Shown here: piece by piece, positions 13,426 to 26,879 of the stretch | Position numbering within the stretch: position 1 is the stretch's first letter | How the letters are laid out: every line of letters starts with the position of its first letter | Assembly: GCA_964016885.1 (NCBI GenBank) | Contig: OZ024746.1 | Coordinates: 32,178,001-32,242,000, forward strand | Direction of reading: 5' to 3' | DNA length: 64,000 nt | From: Eledone cirrhosa | Taxonomy: Eukaryota | The notes under the pieces: model-generated | The model's input: only the letters and a program-made list of their open reading frames with translations | Told to the model about the DNA's origin: nothing | The model's database searches: none | Translations under genes and position numbers: made by a program

Positions 13426-13429
13426 ATCC

Positions 13430-14078
13430 ACATCCCGTTCGGACTTTAGCTACAGTACTTTCGGAGCACCCTCCCCGACTGCTGATTTTGTCACCCAGGT
13501 AACGGAAGGTGTCCACTATTTCTATAGAACCATCTGGGAATGGAATGAGCTAGTATTCTGTGGGCATTTGCTGCTACTTATTGCACCAGAGCACCGGCCA
13601 CATATAAAATCTATATTCTTAGTTAGCTTACCTGTGATCCCACTACATCTTTTATGCACCCATACTTTGCATTTAGGACATAAAATGGAGTTTCTGCCTA
13701 CTACTTTCCTGCACACTGAGCATGGCCATTTCCCAGATGAGACCAGTACCCTATTCTCCTTCCTACATATTAAGACTTTAGTCTTAGACAAGTTAACTTT
13801 AAGGTCTTTTGATTCTAGGCCATGCTTCCATGTTTGGAATTTCTTCTCTAGTTCAGCCATTGATTCGGCTATGAGCGTTAGATATTCTGCGTATAGAAGT
13901 TCCCATGGGCAGCCGGTCTTGAACTCCTCCATTATAGCATGGAGAGCGATAATAAATAGGAAGGGATTAAGGACGGAGCCCTGATGAACACCAACTTTTA
14001 CGCTAAACTCTTCACTATATTTGTTGCTAATTCTAACCTTGCTGACTGTTTCTTTATACATGGCTTGTATAGCTCTCA
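13430..14078 (-). pseudogene. Decayed internal RT fragment of RTE subfamily B
   Basis: VRAIQAMY...YAEY(YADD)...CGRC with frameshift; lacks its own 3' end. Confidence 0.85.
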
Positions 14079-14105
14079 CTGTATATATATATCTCTCACT
14101 GTATA

Positions 14106-14147
<42 letters not shown>

Positions 14148-14172
14148 TATATATATACAGACACACACACAC

Positions 14173-14219
<47 letters not shown>

Positions 14220-14319
14220 GACACACATATATACAGACATATACATATACTGTATGCAGGCAGATACATTCACACCATCATATACAGACATGCACACACA
14301 CATATACATATATACACAC

Positions 14320-14370
<51 letters not shown>

Positions 14371-14595
14371 AATATACATACAGAAATATATGTAAAGTTA
14401 GGAATTACAAGGGAATGGAGTTACTCCATGTGTGTATAATAGAACTTTTATCAGGGACTATATCTTTGTGTGTGGATGGGGGGGGGGACCAAGACAGGAA
14501 GGGATGACATGGTGGTGGTGATGGTGATGATAATGTTGATTATTATGTAGGTTAGGTGGTGATGGCGGTAATGATGATGATTATGTAGGTGGTGG

Positions 14596-14627
<32 letters not shown>

Positions 14628-15144
14628 GTGGTAATGATAACATTTTTATAATAGTTTGTGTTGAATGTTGCTTTATCTATTATCTCCCCCCCCCTCTCCA
14701 TCGACAGTAAATAATGAGATAAGGTTTCAAATTCCCAACCAGGTTTGTGGGTCACAGACAGAGAAATACACAGCCCCCACCCTCTCCAATTCTCTATGTA
14801 ATTGACCATCCCATCTTCAGTTGATGAATGTTGGTTATTGTGTGTATATGTGTGTAGGCTATATATATAGACACATTTATGAGTATATAAATATACATAC
14901 ACACACACATATATATATATACACACACACACACACGTGCGTGTATAAAGGGGGTTTACAGAGTCTGTACCCCTGCATGTCCGATCAACTTTAACTAATC
15001 AGATGCATAGAGCCTATACACTAACATACTACTACTACCACCACCACCACCACCACCACCACAGAACTGCTACTACTACCACCACCACCACCACAAAATC
15101 ACTGTGGTAGCCCATACCTCTAATACACCATTACTACTGGAGTG

Positions 15145-15490
15145 TTGTTGGTGTTATTGTTGGTGATGTTGGTGTTGTTGTTGCTGATATTGTTGTTGGT
15201 GGTATTGTTGTTGGTGGTGGTGTTGTTGTTGTTGGTGGTGGTATTGGTGGTGGTGGTGGTGGTATTGTTGTTGGTGGTGGTGGTATTGTTGTTGGTGGTG
15301 GTGGTATTGTTGTTGTTGTTGGTGGTATTGTTGGTGGTGGTGGTGGTATTGTTGTTGGTGGTGGTGGTATTGTTGTTGGTGGTGGTGGTATTGTTGTTGG
15401 TGGTGGTGGTATTGTTGTTGGTGGTGGTGGTATTGTTGTTGGTGGTGGTGGTATTGTTGTTGGTGGTGGTGATGGTGTTGTTGTTGCTTT
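15145..15490. repeat. (GGT/TGT)n-derived 21-bp low-complexity repeat
   Basis: ggtggtggtattgttgttggt units. Confidence 0.9.
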
Positions 15491-15645
15491 TACTGTTGTT
15501 TCAGTGGTGGTTTTGCAGTTGTTGTGGCTGTGAAGCATGTCAACCTTAACGCAGAGTAAGAAACTATAAATCTATGTTCTATTTCACATCTGGAATTCAG
15601 GTTATGGAAAATATAGCAATAAATTTAAATAGGTACACACAGATA

Positions 15646-16405
15646 TATCAGGTTGTATTGACAGTTGTCCCTTTTTTTCTTTTAAAAGTAAATCTCAAGT
15701 TAAATTTAAAGGTGTCTAACTTCTCAGTTATATTTGGAATATGTTGAAATCACTAATATAATTCATTTTCTTTCAGATTTTGTCAAATTTATCTTTATTG
15801 AAACTGTTATATTGGCACCATGTTCACTCCAAGTAAAGTGAATCAAGAGAAAGGTGCCCAACAGGGCTGGATTCTGATACATTAGAAGCTGTTGTTGTTG
15901 ATGATGATGCAAACCTGACCATTACAGGTCACGAATTAAGCACAGACTTCAATATAAGCCATACCACCATTCATCGTGAATTGAACAGGCTTGGTAAAGT
16001 GTCAAAGGTTGGAAAATGGGTTCCACATGATCTCTCAACTGACAATCACAAAGAACATGACTGCTGTGCAACATTGTGTTCTGCAAATGCCTTTTTTGAA
16101 CAGTCATTACTGGAGATAACATTATGGTAAAGTATCCATGTTACTCAGTGTTGGTGAAGAGCCAACTCAGCAGCCCTGACGTGGCCTACATCCAAGGAAG
16201 ATTCTTATGACTGTGTGGTCGAATATGCAGGGAATAATTCATCACAAGCTACTAGATGATAATCAACCAATAGCAGCTGAAGTCTATTGCCAACAGCTTA
16301 GATGTTTGAAAGCAGCTCTGCAGCAAAAAAAGCCCATCATTAACAAGCAGAAAAGGAGTTATCCTTCATCATGAAAATGCAAGATCTCACACTACACAAA
16401 AGACC
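15646..16405 (+). pseudogene. Mariner (Tc1/mariner) transposase remnant
   Basis: GKWVPHDL (WVPHEL motif) near 16011-16035, ITGD, LHHENARSH (HDNA motif); many frameshifts; 3' end absent. Confidence 0.8.
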
Positions 16406-17605
16406 CAATTGTAGGTGTATATTTAGTAATAGAACTTTCTCATTATGAAGCTGTTGTCTCCAGTACACACTGTAAAGGGGTTGGTATTAGGAAGGGCATC
16501 TAGCCATAGAAAGCTTGCTGAACAAAATGTTCATATATGTCAACTTTGCTTGTGCTGATGCCCTGATAAAATGTACTTGGTAAAATGTGGAACCGTATGC
16601 AAGCTGGATGTGAACCCCCAGCCTGTCTGGGAAGTCAATGGCCTCGCTTCAGTACAGACACCATCTGTGAAAACAAGTCCAATCCCTTGCTAGCAAGGAA
16701 AGTGGACATTAAATGATGCTGTTGATATTGGTTTCTGGAACATACACAAAGGCTCTTAGAGAGGTGTTTAATAACAGAACTTTCGCATTATGAAGTTGGT
16801 GTCTGGAACAACACTCTTAGATAAAATTATAATGAATGGAAGGTTTTTAAGCAGGTAAAACAGATGTTAAATAATAATGATAAACACTTAAAAGTATACA
16901 CCTTAGTATCATATAACCAGGAGCAGTTTCAGCTGGTTTGGTATCATAGGACACTATTTACATATGGCCAATACTAGTGTACACCAGTGGTATTGTCCAT
17001 ATATGGTCAAGACACCAGTAGTATTGTCTATATATGGTCAAGACACCAGTAGTATTGTCTATATATGGCCAATACCATTGTACACCAGTGGTGTGTGTGT
17101 GTATATACATATATACACACACACAGAGTCGAATGTCTTGGCACAAAAGACTAAAATAAATCCTGGACTAATTAGGCGGGGTTTGGTTTATTTAATATTT
17201 TCTGTTTGAAAGAAAACAAAATTAGGTGGAGGGGTGGGATGAGTTGGGTTGGGGTGAGAGCATTTCAGATTGGTGAGGAATTTTATTCAGAAATAGTAAC
17301 TATGGTAACTAAGAAATGGAGGTGAGGTGGGAAGTTGTAATTCCATGTGTTGAGTTTTTGAAAAATATTGAACAATGACAAAGGACTAGTGAATTAGGTG
17401 CAGAAATACAAACATATAAATATATACATACAAACTTTAAACAATATCTTTTACTCCTGCACCCCTACACAGTTAATCTTTTTTCAACTCTTCGCCAACT
17501 CCACACACAGACACATGTATGTTCCTAATTACTTTCCAACATATGCCAACCTCTGTCACTGCCACTTCTTTTAATTTGGAAAGAAAGTATTGAAGAATGA
17601 CATAT

Positions 17606-18010
17606 TAAATAATTGTTTCTACTTTGGCACAAGGTCAGCAAATACCCCAGTGTATTACTGGTGCTTTATTTTATTGACCTCGTAAGGAGGAAAGGCAAAG
17701 CTAACTTCGGTGGGATTTGAACTCAGAAAGCAAACAGCCATAACTATGCTGCAAAGCATGGTATCTGATGCTCTACTGATACTGCCAATTAAATAATTGT
17801 TTCTACTTTTTGGTACAAGGCCAGCAATTACCCAGTATAATTACTGGTACTTTATTTTCTCAACCCCGTAAGGATGAAAGGCAAAGTTAACCTCGGCGGG
17901 ATTTGAACTCAGACCGCAAAGGGACGTAACTATGCTGGAAAGCATGGCGTCCGCCCCTCTACCGATACTGCCAATCCACCGCCGTCCGACCCTCTACCGA
18001 CTGCCAATTA
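17606..18010 (-). mobile_element. Two tandem copies of the second SINE family plus a partial head duplication
   Basis: Reverse complement of the 36160 unit. Confidence 0.8.
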
Positions 18011-18013
18011 AAT

Positions 18014-19237
18014 AATGCCACATTATCAGACACAAGTATGTCACATTATCAGGCACAAGTATGCCACATTATCAGACACAAGTATGCCACATTATCAGAC
18101 ACAAGTATGCCACATTATCAGGCACAAGTATGCCACATTATCAGGCACAAGAATGCCACACTATCAGACAAGTATGCCACACTATCAGACACAAGTATGC
18201 CACACTATCAGACACAAGTATGCCACATTATCAGACACAAGTATGCCACATTATCAGACACAAGTATGCCACATTATCAGACACAAGTATGCCACATTAT
18301 CAGACACAAGTATGCCACATTATCAGACAAGTATGTCATTATTAGATACAAGTATGCCACATTATCAGACACAAGTATGCCACATTATCAGACACAAGTA
18401 TGTCACATTATTAGATACAAGTATGCCACATTATCAGACACAAGTATGCCACATTATCAGACACAAGTATGCCACATTATCAGACACAAGTATGCCACAT
18501 TATCAGACACAAGTATGCCACATTATCAGACACAAGTATGCCACATTATCAGACAAGTATGTCATTATTAGATACAAGTATGCCACATTATCAGACACAA
18601 GTATGCCACATTATCAGACACAAGTATGCCACATTATCAGACACAAGTATGTCACATTAGATACAAGTATGCCACATTATCAGACACAAGTATGCCACAT
18701 TATCAGACACAAGTATGCCACATTATCAGACACAAGTATGCCACATTATCAGACACAAGTATGCTACATTATCAGACAAGTATGCTACATTATCAGACAC
18801 AAGTATGCCACACTATCAGACACAAGTATGCCACATTATCAGACAAGTATGCCACATTATCAGACACAAGTATGCCACATTATCAGACAAGTATGCCACA
18901 CTATCAGACACAAGTATGCCACATTATCAGACAAGTATGCCACATTATCAGACACAAGTATGCCACATTATCAGACACAAGTATGCCACATTATCAGACA
19001 CAAGTATGCCACATTATCAGACAAGTATGCCACACTATCAGACAAGTATGCCACACTATCAGACACAAGTATGCCACATTATCAGACACAAGTATGCCAC
19101 ATTATCAGACACAAGTATGCCACATTATCAGACACAAGTATGCCACATTATCAGACACAAGTATGCCACATTATCAGACAAGTATGCCACACTATCAGAC
19201 AAGTATGCCACATTATCAGACACAAGTATGCCACACT
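18014..19237. repeat. 23-bp minisatellite (atgccacattatcagacacaagt)n with 21-bp variants, ~1.2 kb
   Basis: Direct reading. Confidence 0.97.
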
Positions 19238-22200
19238 GACAGGCAGAATAGTGCAACATTATCAGATAGAAGATTATGAATGTTACAAATATCATATTTT
19301 ATCATGACAGTACTTGAAAGATTGTCAATTTTGATAGAGAGAAAGGTGTTGAAATAAAGAACCCATACACATATACATTAAACAATATATATTTAACATA
19401 TCTACAAAGAACTTGTTGCTTTTAGTTTCATTCTTAAAATAAACAGACAGATTCATAATGTCTAAGTCAAGATTACCAAAAAAATGTTTATATATCTACA
19501 TATTTGGCACTCGAGCAATGCTGGGTTAGAGAGAGAGATTTGATCAATAAAGGTTTACAAGTTAAAGAGTTCTTAAACATGGTAACAGATGAGGGATATT
19601 ATTGAATGTACAACACAGCCACTAATGCCATCACCACTGCCAACATCACCATGAATAACACAACCAACAGCAACAACACAACCCACAACCACCAATAGCA
19701 AAAGCAACAAAAACAGCAACACAACCACCACCAACAACAACAACACAACCAACCACCACCAACAGTAAAACAACCAGCCACCACTAAAAACAACTACAAC
19801 ACAACCAATAGCAAAAGCAACAACAACAACAACAACAACAACAACAGCAGCAGCACAACCAACAACAACACTATCAGATGACAGTCATAAGAATAAAAGA
19901 CTTTTCCAAAGTTAAATGTTTCAAGATAAGATAATGAAATGGAATTGGGGGATGGGGGTAAATTTATTTCCAAGATAATTGGATTCCTTAAATTATTGAA
20001 ATTTCATCATTAACAAATACACCAGTCTATTTTCCTACACCTGAACTACTTGAGGCAACGTGTAACTAAAGACACGCTACTCAACACATTCTTCACACAA
20101 AGACCTCAATGTCCAATTAGTTCACCTGTACCAGTTGTAGCAGCACAGATGATGAATACTACCTACAATTCCTGGTGAAAGACCAGAGGGTGTAACTATA
20201 ATTTTGGATAGCTTGCACATGTTAAGAAGTTGAGTAAACCTCTCCCAGGTGTTAGTGTTACTGGTGGTGGTGGATGACAAAGAGCTTTGAAATTTTAGTA
20301 GAGACTCTACCAAAATTTCATACCCCTCCATCACACTTCCTTTAAGATGGTTCTGTAAGCTTCTACAATAAACAAAACAGCTATACCAGAGGTTTCAAAC
20401 CTACGGCATGCAAACTACTTTTCTATTGCCCATAGCAGAACAATTTTGTTTTCCTTGTTTTAAGACTTGAGTTTGAGCTGCAGTTCAACTCTGAAAATCA
20501 CAGAGGAAGGAAACTTCACTGTCAAACAAGGAAAGTGTGTGAGTAGTGGGAGGTACAGGAAACAGAAGAGGTTAACACTGAAATAGCTTTTCTTTTCAAA
20601 TCTAGGCAGCAATTTTGGTGGGAGGAAGATAGTCTATATATTGACCCCAGTACTTTACTGGTACGTTATTTTATCAACTTCAGAAGGATGAAAAGTAATG
20701 TTGATCTCCACAGGATTTGAAGTCAAAGCACGCGTCTGATGTTCAACCAATTCTGCCAATCCATTATGGCATCAACAATGTTATTTCTACAAACCAGCCA
20801 ATATTTTCCTAAAAATAACAGCAATAAACATGAACCACAAATAAACTACATACTAAAACTAAGTAGCTTCACCAATTTTAATACTGACTAGTGTTAAGGA
20901 AGCCAAAATTGATTTATTTTAAACTCTCATAAGATGGTTAATTTAATTTTTTTTTTAAGTAGCAGAGCTGTAGACAAACATGTCATATTAGGAAAAGAAC
21001 ATGAGAATTTCATTCCTGTGGTTTTCGGAGTCAAGTAGGGAGAAATTAAAAATAAAACTTATTTTGAATAACAAAACCACTTTTAGAAACAAATTTAGCT
21101 AAATGAAGGGGGTGCTTATGTCTAGAAAAATGGTACACAGCAACACAGAATTTAAAAAATAATCTATTACCGGCCAGTAAAATGTTAGTGCTGGTACCAC
21201 AAAATACACCCAGTACACTCTGTAAAGCTGTAGTGTCGGTGTAATGATAAAATACACCCTGTACTCTCAGTAAAGTAATAGTGCTAAGTGTTATGATAAA
21301 ATACAGCCAATAAAATCTGTAAAATGGTAGTGCTGGTGTTATGATGAATACACCCAGGACACTCTGTCAAGTGGTTTGCATATAGAAGGACATCAGATTG
21401 TAGAGACTATGCCAAAAATGGAACACGATTCTCCAACCTGATGATGAAGAGGAGGAGGACAGCTGCTTTGTTCTTCAGAAATAATAAACATGACACATAA
21501 ACACACTACTACTCAGTCACACCACATTCCCCCAGAAATGTTTTGTTAACAATATTGAATGTTTACAAACAGAACATTGTTTTATAAGCTGCAAATTACT
21601 AATTATGTCAGCCAGAATGTGCAGCCATGTTGCAATGTCACTGCAGCTGTCATACAACATAGCTTAAATTAATGGAGTTATAAATGGTAGTGTTTACTTA
21701 CACCAACACTACCACCAACGCCACAACCATCACCACCACCATCATCACTACCACCATTACCATCACCAATGCTGCCACCAACATTGCCACCACCATCATC
21801 ATGATCGTCGTTTTTGTGTCTGCATTTCCAAGCTGGCATGAGGAGCAAGATTTCTTTAAAGCAGAAATCTACGTTCAGGTGTCCTTCCTGGTGGTGGTAG
21901 TAGTGATGATGGTGGTGGTGGTCCTAGTGATGATAATGTCAATGATAATGGTGGTGGTTGTGATGATGGTGGTGATGATGATACTTGATATTACAAGCAA
22001 TTTGATAGTCTTTTTGAATGTTTAATTGTTTGGAACTATTAGAAATTTACAAAGAATTATTTTAGAATAGCTGAGGTAGGAGTGATGTAGCACAGGTAAA
22101 TGTGTGGAAATTGAATAAATTATTGCCATCCCACCCTTGCAAGCAGGCAAAAAAAGCGGACATAAAATGAAATGATGATGATGAAATGATTAATTTAAAA

Positions 22201-22249
22201 GAGGTAAAAAAAAAAAAATCCAAAGGTAAGACTAATATAGTGTGTGTGT

Positions 22250-22578
22250 AGGCATATGGCTTAGTGGTTAGAGCATTGGCCTTGCAATCGAAAGGTTGCG
22301 AGTTCAATTCTCAGACCGGGTGATGTGTTGTTTCCTTGAGCAAAACACTTTATTTCACATTGCTCCAGATTACTCAGCTGTAGAAATGAGATGATAGGGA
22401 CTGGGGTCCCTATCGTTCCACTGAAAAGTGGTCAAGGAGGTGCCATGGCAAAAAAGCACCCAGCACTCACTGTAAATGAGGTTGGTGTTAGAAAGGGCAT
22501 CCAGCTGTAGAAATCAAGCCACAATCAGTTCCCGTCCCACCCTTGCAAGCAGGGAAAAGTGGATGTAAAATGAAATGA

Positions 22579-22582
<4 letters not shown>
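22250..22582 (+). mobile_element. tRNA-derived CORE-like SINE with RTE-derived tail
   Basis: Same family as 11841-12169. Confidence 0.85.
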
Positions 22583-22629
<47 letters not shown>

Positions 22630-22634
<5 letters not shown>

Positions 22635-23470
22635 CAAGAAAGAAGAGTGACATGGTTTGGTATACAATAAGGGCTTTATTCACATTGCTGACAATTGTTT
22701 CTCTGAACTGGTAGGTCTAGAGATGATTCGAACTAACAATCCCTACATCTAATATAATGAATCTACTTTACACCACATAAAAATTACCATCCTCACTACA
22801 ATGAGAATATTTTATCTGTCAGATAATAAATAAATCTTACAGTCAGCAAACCTACAGTAAAGTAAATGGTCCATTGTTTCAAGCCCCAGGTTATCTCTAC
22901 ACTATATATAATGTACCCCATGACAGCTTTCACATGTCAATTTCATACATCTGTTTCGTATCAGTTCGTTTTACATGCTAAAGTCATCAGTATACTCTAT
23001 TTCTTACTTAGATTGATGTTGTGATTGTTTTAACTATTTACTATCTAGCTAATTTATTTGAGTATTGTTATTATTGTTCTGATTTAATGCCACTACTATA
23101 TATAGAAGCCATGCCTGTGTATATCCTTCATTCTCGCATGCTCTGATGAATAGACTGGTTATAACAAAGTATTGGTGATCGATTGACGCAAAAACAGGCG
23201 GGTAGCGATCTCTAGACCTACCAGTTCAGAGAAACAATTGTCAGCAATGTGAATAAAGCCCTTATTGTATAGCAAACCATGTCACTCTTCTTTCTTGATT
23301 TATTATTACTCCAAGTGTAAACTACACAGAAATCACCGCGTACTTGCAGCATCACTATGGAAACGTCTTGTTGAGTCAAACTTAGCCAAGCGTTAGTACT
23401 ATCCAGAACTCGGAGTACCCTAACTGGACTACATCTAAGTGGACTACTTATAAATAATTTCTTATCCCGT
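22630..23470 (+). mobile_element. Probable Penelope-like element remnant with an inverted pseudo-LTR segment and hammerhead motif
   Basis: 95-bp inverted repeat (22630-22724 vs 23208-23302, one mismatch) overlapping a hammerhead core; (TA)n flanks; no ORF recognised. Confidence 0.55.
23137..23249 (+). ncRNA. Type I hammerhead ribozyme motif with long stem II
   Basis: tgct-CTGATGA-[actggt...accagt]-GAAAC-aatt-GTC-agca; palindromic ACAATTGT stem III. Confidence 0.6.
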
Positions 23471-24051
23471 ATATATATATATATATATATTATGCAGACT
23501 AGTGTAGTATATATTGTGAACACTGGTATAGTGTATGTATGTATGTATGTATGTATGTATATATATAATAACATGGAGCTGTTTTAAAAACAGTAAAGAC
23601 TCCAATAACATATACAAAGTTATCAAAGTTGATATCGAAACAAAGATAGAGAAGTTATTTCCCTTGGAATTGGGGTTGTTGGTTGAGGGCATGAGGAAAT
23701 ATATATCTCTCTATATATATATAGACATATTTTGTGCTTTGCTCACCTCAAGCAAGGCAATAAAGACACTAAAACACAAGGAGTTACCAAGAAGGGAAGA
23801 GGACAGGAGAGAGAGAACATAATCCCAAGTAAGGAAATAAAACTACACAAAACGCAAGGAGTTACTGAGAAGGGGGAAGGACAAGACAGAGAGAACATAA
23901 TTTAAGGAGAGAAAAGATTACGATTGATGTTGCTTTTGAATTTTTGCAAATCATAGTGGTCAGGAAAGCAAGTAAATTATTTGAGGTATTTGGGGGAGAT
24001 TTGGAGTTGTGAGTTTAAGAATTAAAAAAGAAAGAAAAATGTGGTACTTAC

Positions 24052-24747
24052 TTTCAATTCATCTGTTTCATTGTTTCTGGAATTGTAAAAAAGTTCAGTG
24101 TCTCCTGATACTCGAGACATGTCTGGGCCATCTATGGAAATCTCCTGGCCAGATTTAGCTAAGGAAAGTCTAGAAGTAAATTCTTTATTTTCTGGTGGAG
24201 ATTTCTCTCGAAGACTGGACGAACGATTTAGAGGAGGGCGATGTTGGACAGGTGAAACCTGCTTCTCTTCAAAACTATCAAGCTGAGATCTGTGGTTGGG
24301 ATGTTCACTGGAATTATACCGGTAAGGACCACTATTGCTTTTAGAGATTTTGGAAGGGATTTTGTCATTATCTGGCACATCCACAGATCTGTCACAAGTC
24401 CGAGAGTCTTTTATTTCAAAAGTATCATCATCATAATCATTATCCATTGGAATGAAGTTCAGGTTATCTCCAGAACGACTGAGGAATTTGGATGCCTCAA
24501 GGTTACTAGGAGTTATTTCACCATTGGAACTTAAATCATGTAAGCTGTTACTTTTACGCAGTCCTTCATTGTAGTGTTTGTCATTTTTGTGCTTTAAACT
24601 ACGGACACCACGGTAAGTGTTGGGGGTTTTTAATTTATCAATGTCAAACCTATCAAAGGAACGTGCATTTCTTATCAATCCAACATAACCAGATTGTCTG
24701 CTAGTTTGTGAACCATGTGTATCCACTGAACCATCACAAGACAATGA
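24052..24747 (-). CDS. MPRIP: Host gene large exon: Ser/Asp/Asn-rich, probably disordered linker (232 codons)
   Basis: Acceptor ttttattttgcag, donor gtaagt; 696 nt open, phase 0-0; continues the frame of the 26599 exon; corresponds to ORF 24022..24753. Confidence 0.8.
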
Positions 24748-24934
24748 CTGCAAAATAAAACAAGAGAAATTAAAACAATATTTACAACAACATTTTCAAG
24801 AGAATTTTCATATTTTCAGATCCAACCTGGCTTGGATTAAGCATTAAATATTACCTCTTAACATCCTGTACTACATGAAACTACGATGGTAAGGCATTCT
24901 CAAAAAGTATAAAACTGAACTACGGATCCAGCAC

Positions 24935-25630
24935 ATGAAAAAAATGAATGTTCTAACAACCCTTGCCCAGGTTTTCCTTGGCCTCCCTCTACTGTAGTTC
25001 CCTTCCACTGGGATTTCTTGGCACTTCTTCACCCAACAATTATCATCCATACACATCCTATTCTCATACCAACACAGTCTTCTTTCCTGCACGCTACATC
25101 TGATTCCTCTTATATCCCCATTTCTCTCTTTGCTCATCTATACTTTGTCTTTTATGTACATCCATCAAAGCATGCTTACTTCATTTCTCTCCATATACTG
25201 CCTATGTTTCACTATCATGCAATATTGCACACCATACTCATGCATTATACAACCAGCCTTTCATTTGTAGAGACAAATATTTTGTGTCAACAGAGGTGAC
25301 AGCTCCCTGAACTTTTTCCATCCTGTTTTTATTCTAGCTACTATGTTCTCAGTGCAGCCTCTTCCTCCACTAATTTTATCACCTAAGTAACAAAAGCTTT
25401 CAACCACTTCCATGGAGTCTTCCTGGGATTGGAAAAAGTTTATTTTACTGATGTCTTACTAATAACTATTCCTGTGCATCTACCACATATAAAATCTACC
25501 TTTTCTGCTGGTTTGTCTGTTATCCCACTAAACATCTTGTGTATCCAAGATTTATATTTTGTAGATCATATAGAGTTCGTACCTACTCCTTTTCTACATA
25601 TTGAGCACAGCTGCTTCTCTGATGGGATCA
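24935..25630 (-). pseudogene. Old diverged RTE RT/C-terminal fragment
   Basis: Remnant peptides QLCSICRKGVGTNSI and VQERRLCWY...SRGRPRKTW. Confidence 0.75.
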
Positions 25631-26320
25631 AGAAATCATCTTGGAAATATTGTGAATGGTCGTGCTGATATGATAAAAAAGCATCCAAGGTGGCAGTGCT
25701 GGTATGAAAAAGGAGGAAGGGGAAGGAAAGAAAAAAGTGTGTGTGTGTGCAGCAGTTTCTCTTAACCACAGTATTGTAGAAGTGTAAGTAGGAATAACTT
25801 ATACAAAACAAAAGTAAGAGTTATTCCCCTTCTTTTACACCCAATCTTCAGCAAGATTGTGTAGGAATTCGACCTACTAGAGATAACAGCCATATCTCGC
25901 TCTTAAGATTTTGATAAAACACAACACAAACATCCTAACTATACGAAATGAAAGGATAGTCATGAGCATAATAGGTATGCTATATCAAAGCTGACCTAAA
26001 AATACAAACAACGATATGTTGTTGTTCTTTTTAAATGCTGCCTTATATATCAAACTGAGTATATATAACATAAGGGCAAATAAATATTTCCTTAATTAGA
26101 CTAGACATAGTTAACATTTGGTGGATGATTGACCATCTTAAATTTTTTAATAATAGCCCAGTTAAAACTGCTTCTGGTTCTATGACATAAAACCAGCTAT
26201 TTTAAAAAGTTCTGTTTAAATTTAAATTTTCCAATGTCCAACCCACACTAGTAAGGAAAAATGGACATTAAACAGTGATGAATTTTATATATATAAGAAC
26301 AATATGTCAAGTTTCTATCT

Positions 26321-26505
26321 TAATTGTTCCTACGTTTGGCACAAGGCCAGCAATTACCCAGTGCATTACTGGTACTTTATTTTATCGACCCTGAAAGGAT
26401 GAAAGGCAAAGTTAACCTTGGCGGGATTTGAACTCAGAATGGCAAGAGTCGTAACTATGCATCAAAGCATGGCATCCAACCCTCTATCGATACTGCCAAT
26501 CCACT
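26321..26505 (-). mobile_element. Second SINE family copy
   Basis: Reverse complement of the 36160 unit. Confidence 0.8.
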
Positions 26506-26598
26506 CAAAATTAGTTAGTTTTAAAATATTGTGTATTTCATTAGAAATACAGTCATGAAAGGGTCAAATTTATTTGGTTAAAGTAAGGAGCATTTTAC

Positions 26599-26695
26599 CT
26601 GTGGGCCTTCTCGGTCATTTCTGAAAACTGGCGTAACAATTCTTCGTTTTGTTGTTTTGATGCTTCTTGGATAAACAATTAAGATTTCAAACCAC
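26599..26695 (-). CDS. MPRIP: Host gene exon: PH C-terminal helix (RWFEILIVYPRSIKTTKRRIVTPVFRNDREGPQ)
   Basis: Acceptor ttttag, donor gtaaaa; 97 nt, phase 2-0; carries the invariant PH Trp and a VYPR motif as in MPRIP. Confidence 0.85.
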
Positions 26696-26879
26696 CTAAA
26701 ACATAATTAACAATACATAATTAATTTGAAATTATAAGGGTTGAACATTTTGCTATTTATTACATTATTAATGTACGTACAGTGCCAAGAGTTTCCGAGA
26801 AATAAATCAATGAGAAAAAGAGCCAAAATATATTATATGGCTTAGATCTCAACAGAAATGTATGCTATCTAATGCTTCA

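Noticed and set aside
15134-15549. Mucin/extensin-like TTIPPPP ORF
   Set aside because: Trinucleotide-derived low-complexity repeat; no convincing splice sites tie it to the host gene
18015-19307. 430-aa repetitive ORF
   Set aside because: A 23-bp unit cycles through all frames; stop-free by composition, with no splice or domain evidence
20126-20350. Possible next host exon on the minus strand (open frame between ttacag and gtgaac)
   Set aside because: Weak polypyrimidine tract and donor, no recognisable family similarity; needs RNA-seq
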